DNA of 64,000 nucleotides from Stegostoma tigrinum (Eukaryota): NCBI RefSeq assembly GCF_030684315.1, contig NC_081387.1, positions 5,870,497 to 5,934,496 of the forward strand, read 5' to 3'. Shown piece by piece: positions 62,766 to 64,000 of this stretch (position 1 is its first letter; each line of letters starts with the position of its first letter). The notes under the pieces were generated by a model. It saw only the letters and a program-made list of their open reading frames with translations, ran no database searches and was not told where the DNA came from. The position numbers and the translations under genes were made by a program.

Positions 62766-64000
62766 GAACAGGACACAAGATCGCCAATGTACACATTGAA
62801 CTTGTAATTGCAAAAAAATTGGAGATATAGCCAAAAGATATCTGTGCTGGTAAATTCAGTAACTGTCTGGACAGAGACCCTGGAGCAAAGGTGCACAAGG
62901 GAACTTTAAACAACAATTTCTTGTGTACAGAAGCAATTCAAAATGAACGGCAAAGTGACCGATTGTGGCTACAGAGGCAACAACGGTCTGCTTATACCCA
63001 TAACAGCCAGCAAACCAGATTGTTTTGCACACCGCAGCTGTATCTTGTATTTTCATCTTTCAAGAATTCAAAAACGACAAGGTGAGAAACCAATTTCTAA
63101 TCCATAATGTATGTGCCCGCGAGCTCGGCTGCTCGCCTGCACTTGCCTGGGTTCGTGTTGTCGTGTTTTTAAAGGTTGTACTTGTATAACCATTCACTAT
63201 ATCGGGGGTGAAGGGTACTGCATCTCCTGATGAGTGCTGGAGGCTAGATGGCAAGCCAGTTCATAAGGAAATGGGATGAAAGAATTTCCCATAACATCAG
63301 TTTACCTGCTCCTCTGATGTTGCGTGGCCTGCTGTGTTCTTCCAGCTCCACATCTTGTTATGAAAGAAATTCAATCTGTGAAGTTAATATTCCTGATGTC
63401 AACTGCTTAATTATCTACGTTTCACTGTATCTTCTTCATGAATGTGCTAGTGGCTAATCCATGTATTATTTAATATTTGTATTTTTATTATCTCACTTGC
63501 CATTTATAATTTGTATCTATCCATGTGGTATTGTTTCTTCTCACATTTGATAACTCTCTCGTTTGTTATTTCAAGAAAGTCTGGTTTTAATAGCTGTACT
63601 TAAAACATAAACTAATTTTCCCTGGGAGAAAGATCTTCACAAGTGAAGGAATTGTTCTTAAGTGAACCCTATTGTCACTAATCATTCGGATCGTGAATAT
63701 TGTTCCTCACCTGGTGCTTCATAATTTCGAGCATCCCGTCGGAGACCAAAATAAATGAGGGAAACTCAGCCAGAGACTAGTCATAACCTAGCATTATGTT
63801 TTGTATGATGAATTGTGCCTCACTATGCACCTTCTTCCCTGACCTTTTGAAATTTGCTTGCCGTGTGTTTAAATTCAATAAAATATATTTAGGTATTGTC
63901 TGTACATGCCTCTCCTTATATTTCTTCATGATTGACATGTCACTTTAATGTCATTCATGTTGTTTATTAGTCATGACAGAATCTGCTTCTGCATAAGTCA

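Overview
Repeat-rich vertebrate genomic DNA, almost certainly from a shark or ray. It carries HE1-type tRNA-derived SINEs, CR1 LINEs with (TTCTATG)n tails and Penelope-like elements, and has N gaps at about 32.45-33.33 kb. The window is a decaying tandem array of nonclassical MHC class I units. One near-complete minus-strand gene has two duplicated promoter+leader modules, alpha1, alpha2 lacking the canonical disulfide, a frameshifted alpha3 and a TM exon; two plus-strand remnants are also present. Embedded in this array is the only intact host gene, a two-coding-exon gene of about 1290 aa. It fuses a stonustoxin-type perforin-like pore-forming module (MACPF/CDC, helical bundle, thioredoxin-like) to two FN3 domains, an AIG1/GIMAP/septin-class GTPase, a Cys/His-rich module and coiled coils, making it a candidate GTP-regulated immune pore-former. 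A full-length CR1 with both ORFs intact lies head-to-head about 450 bp upstream. Other features are Penelope RT fragments, hairpin insertions with hammerhead-like cores and ~14-bp TSDs, an ERV gag remnant and a Gypsy fragment. All domain and family calls come from motif recognition by eye; no searches were run.
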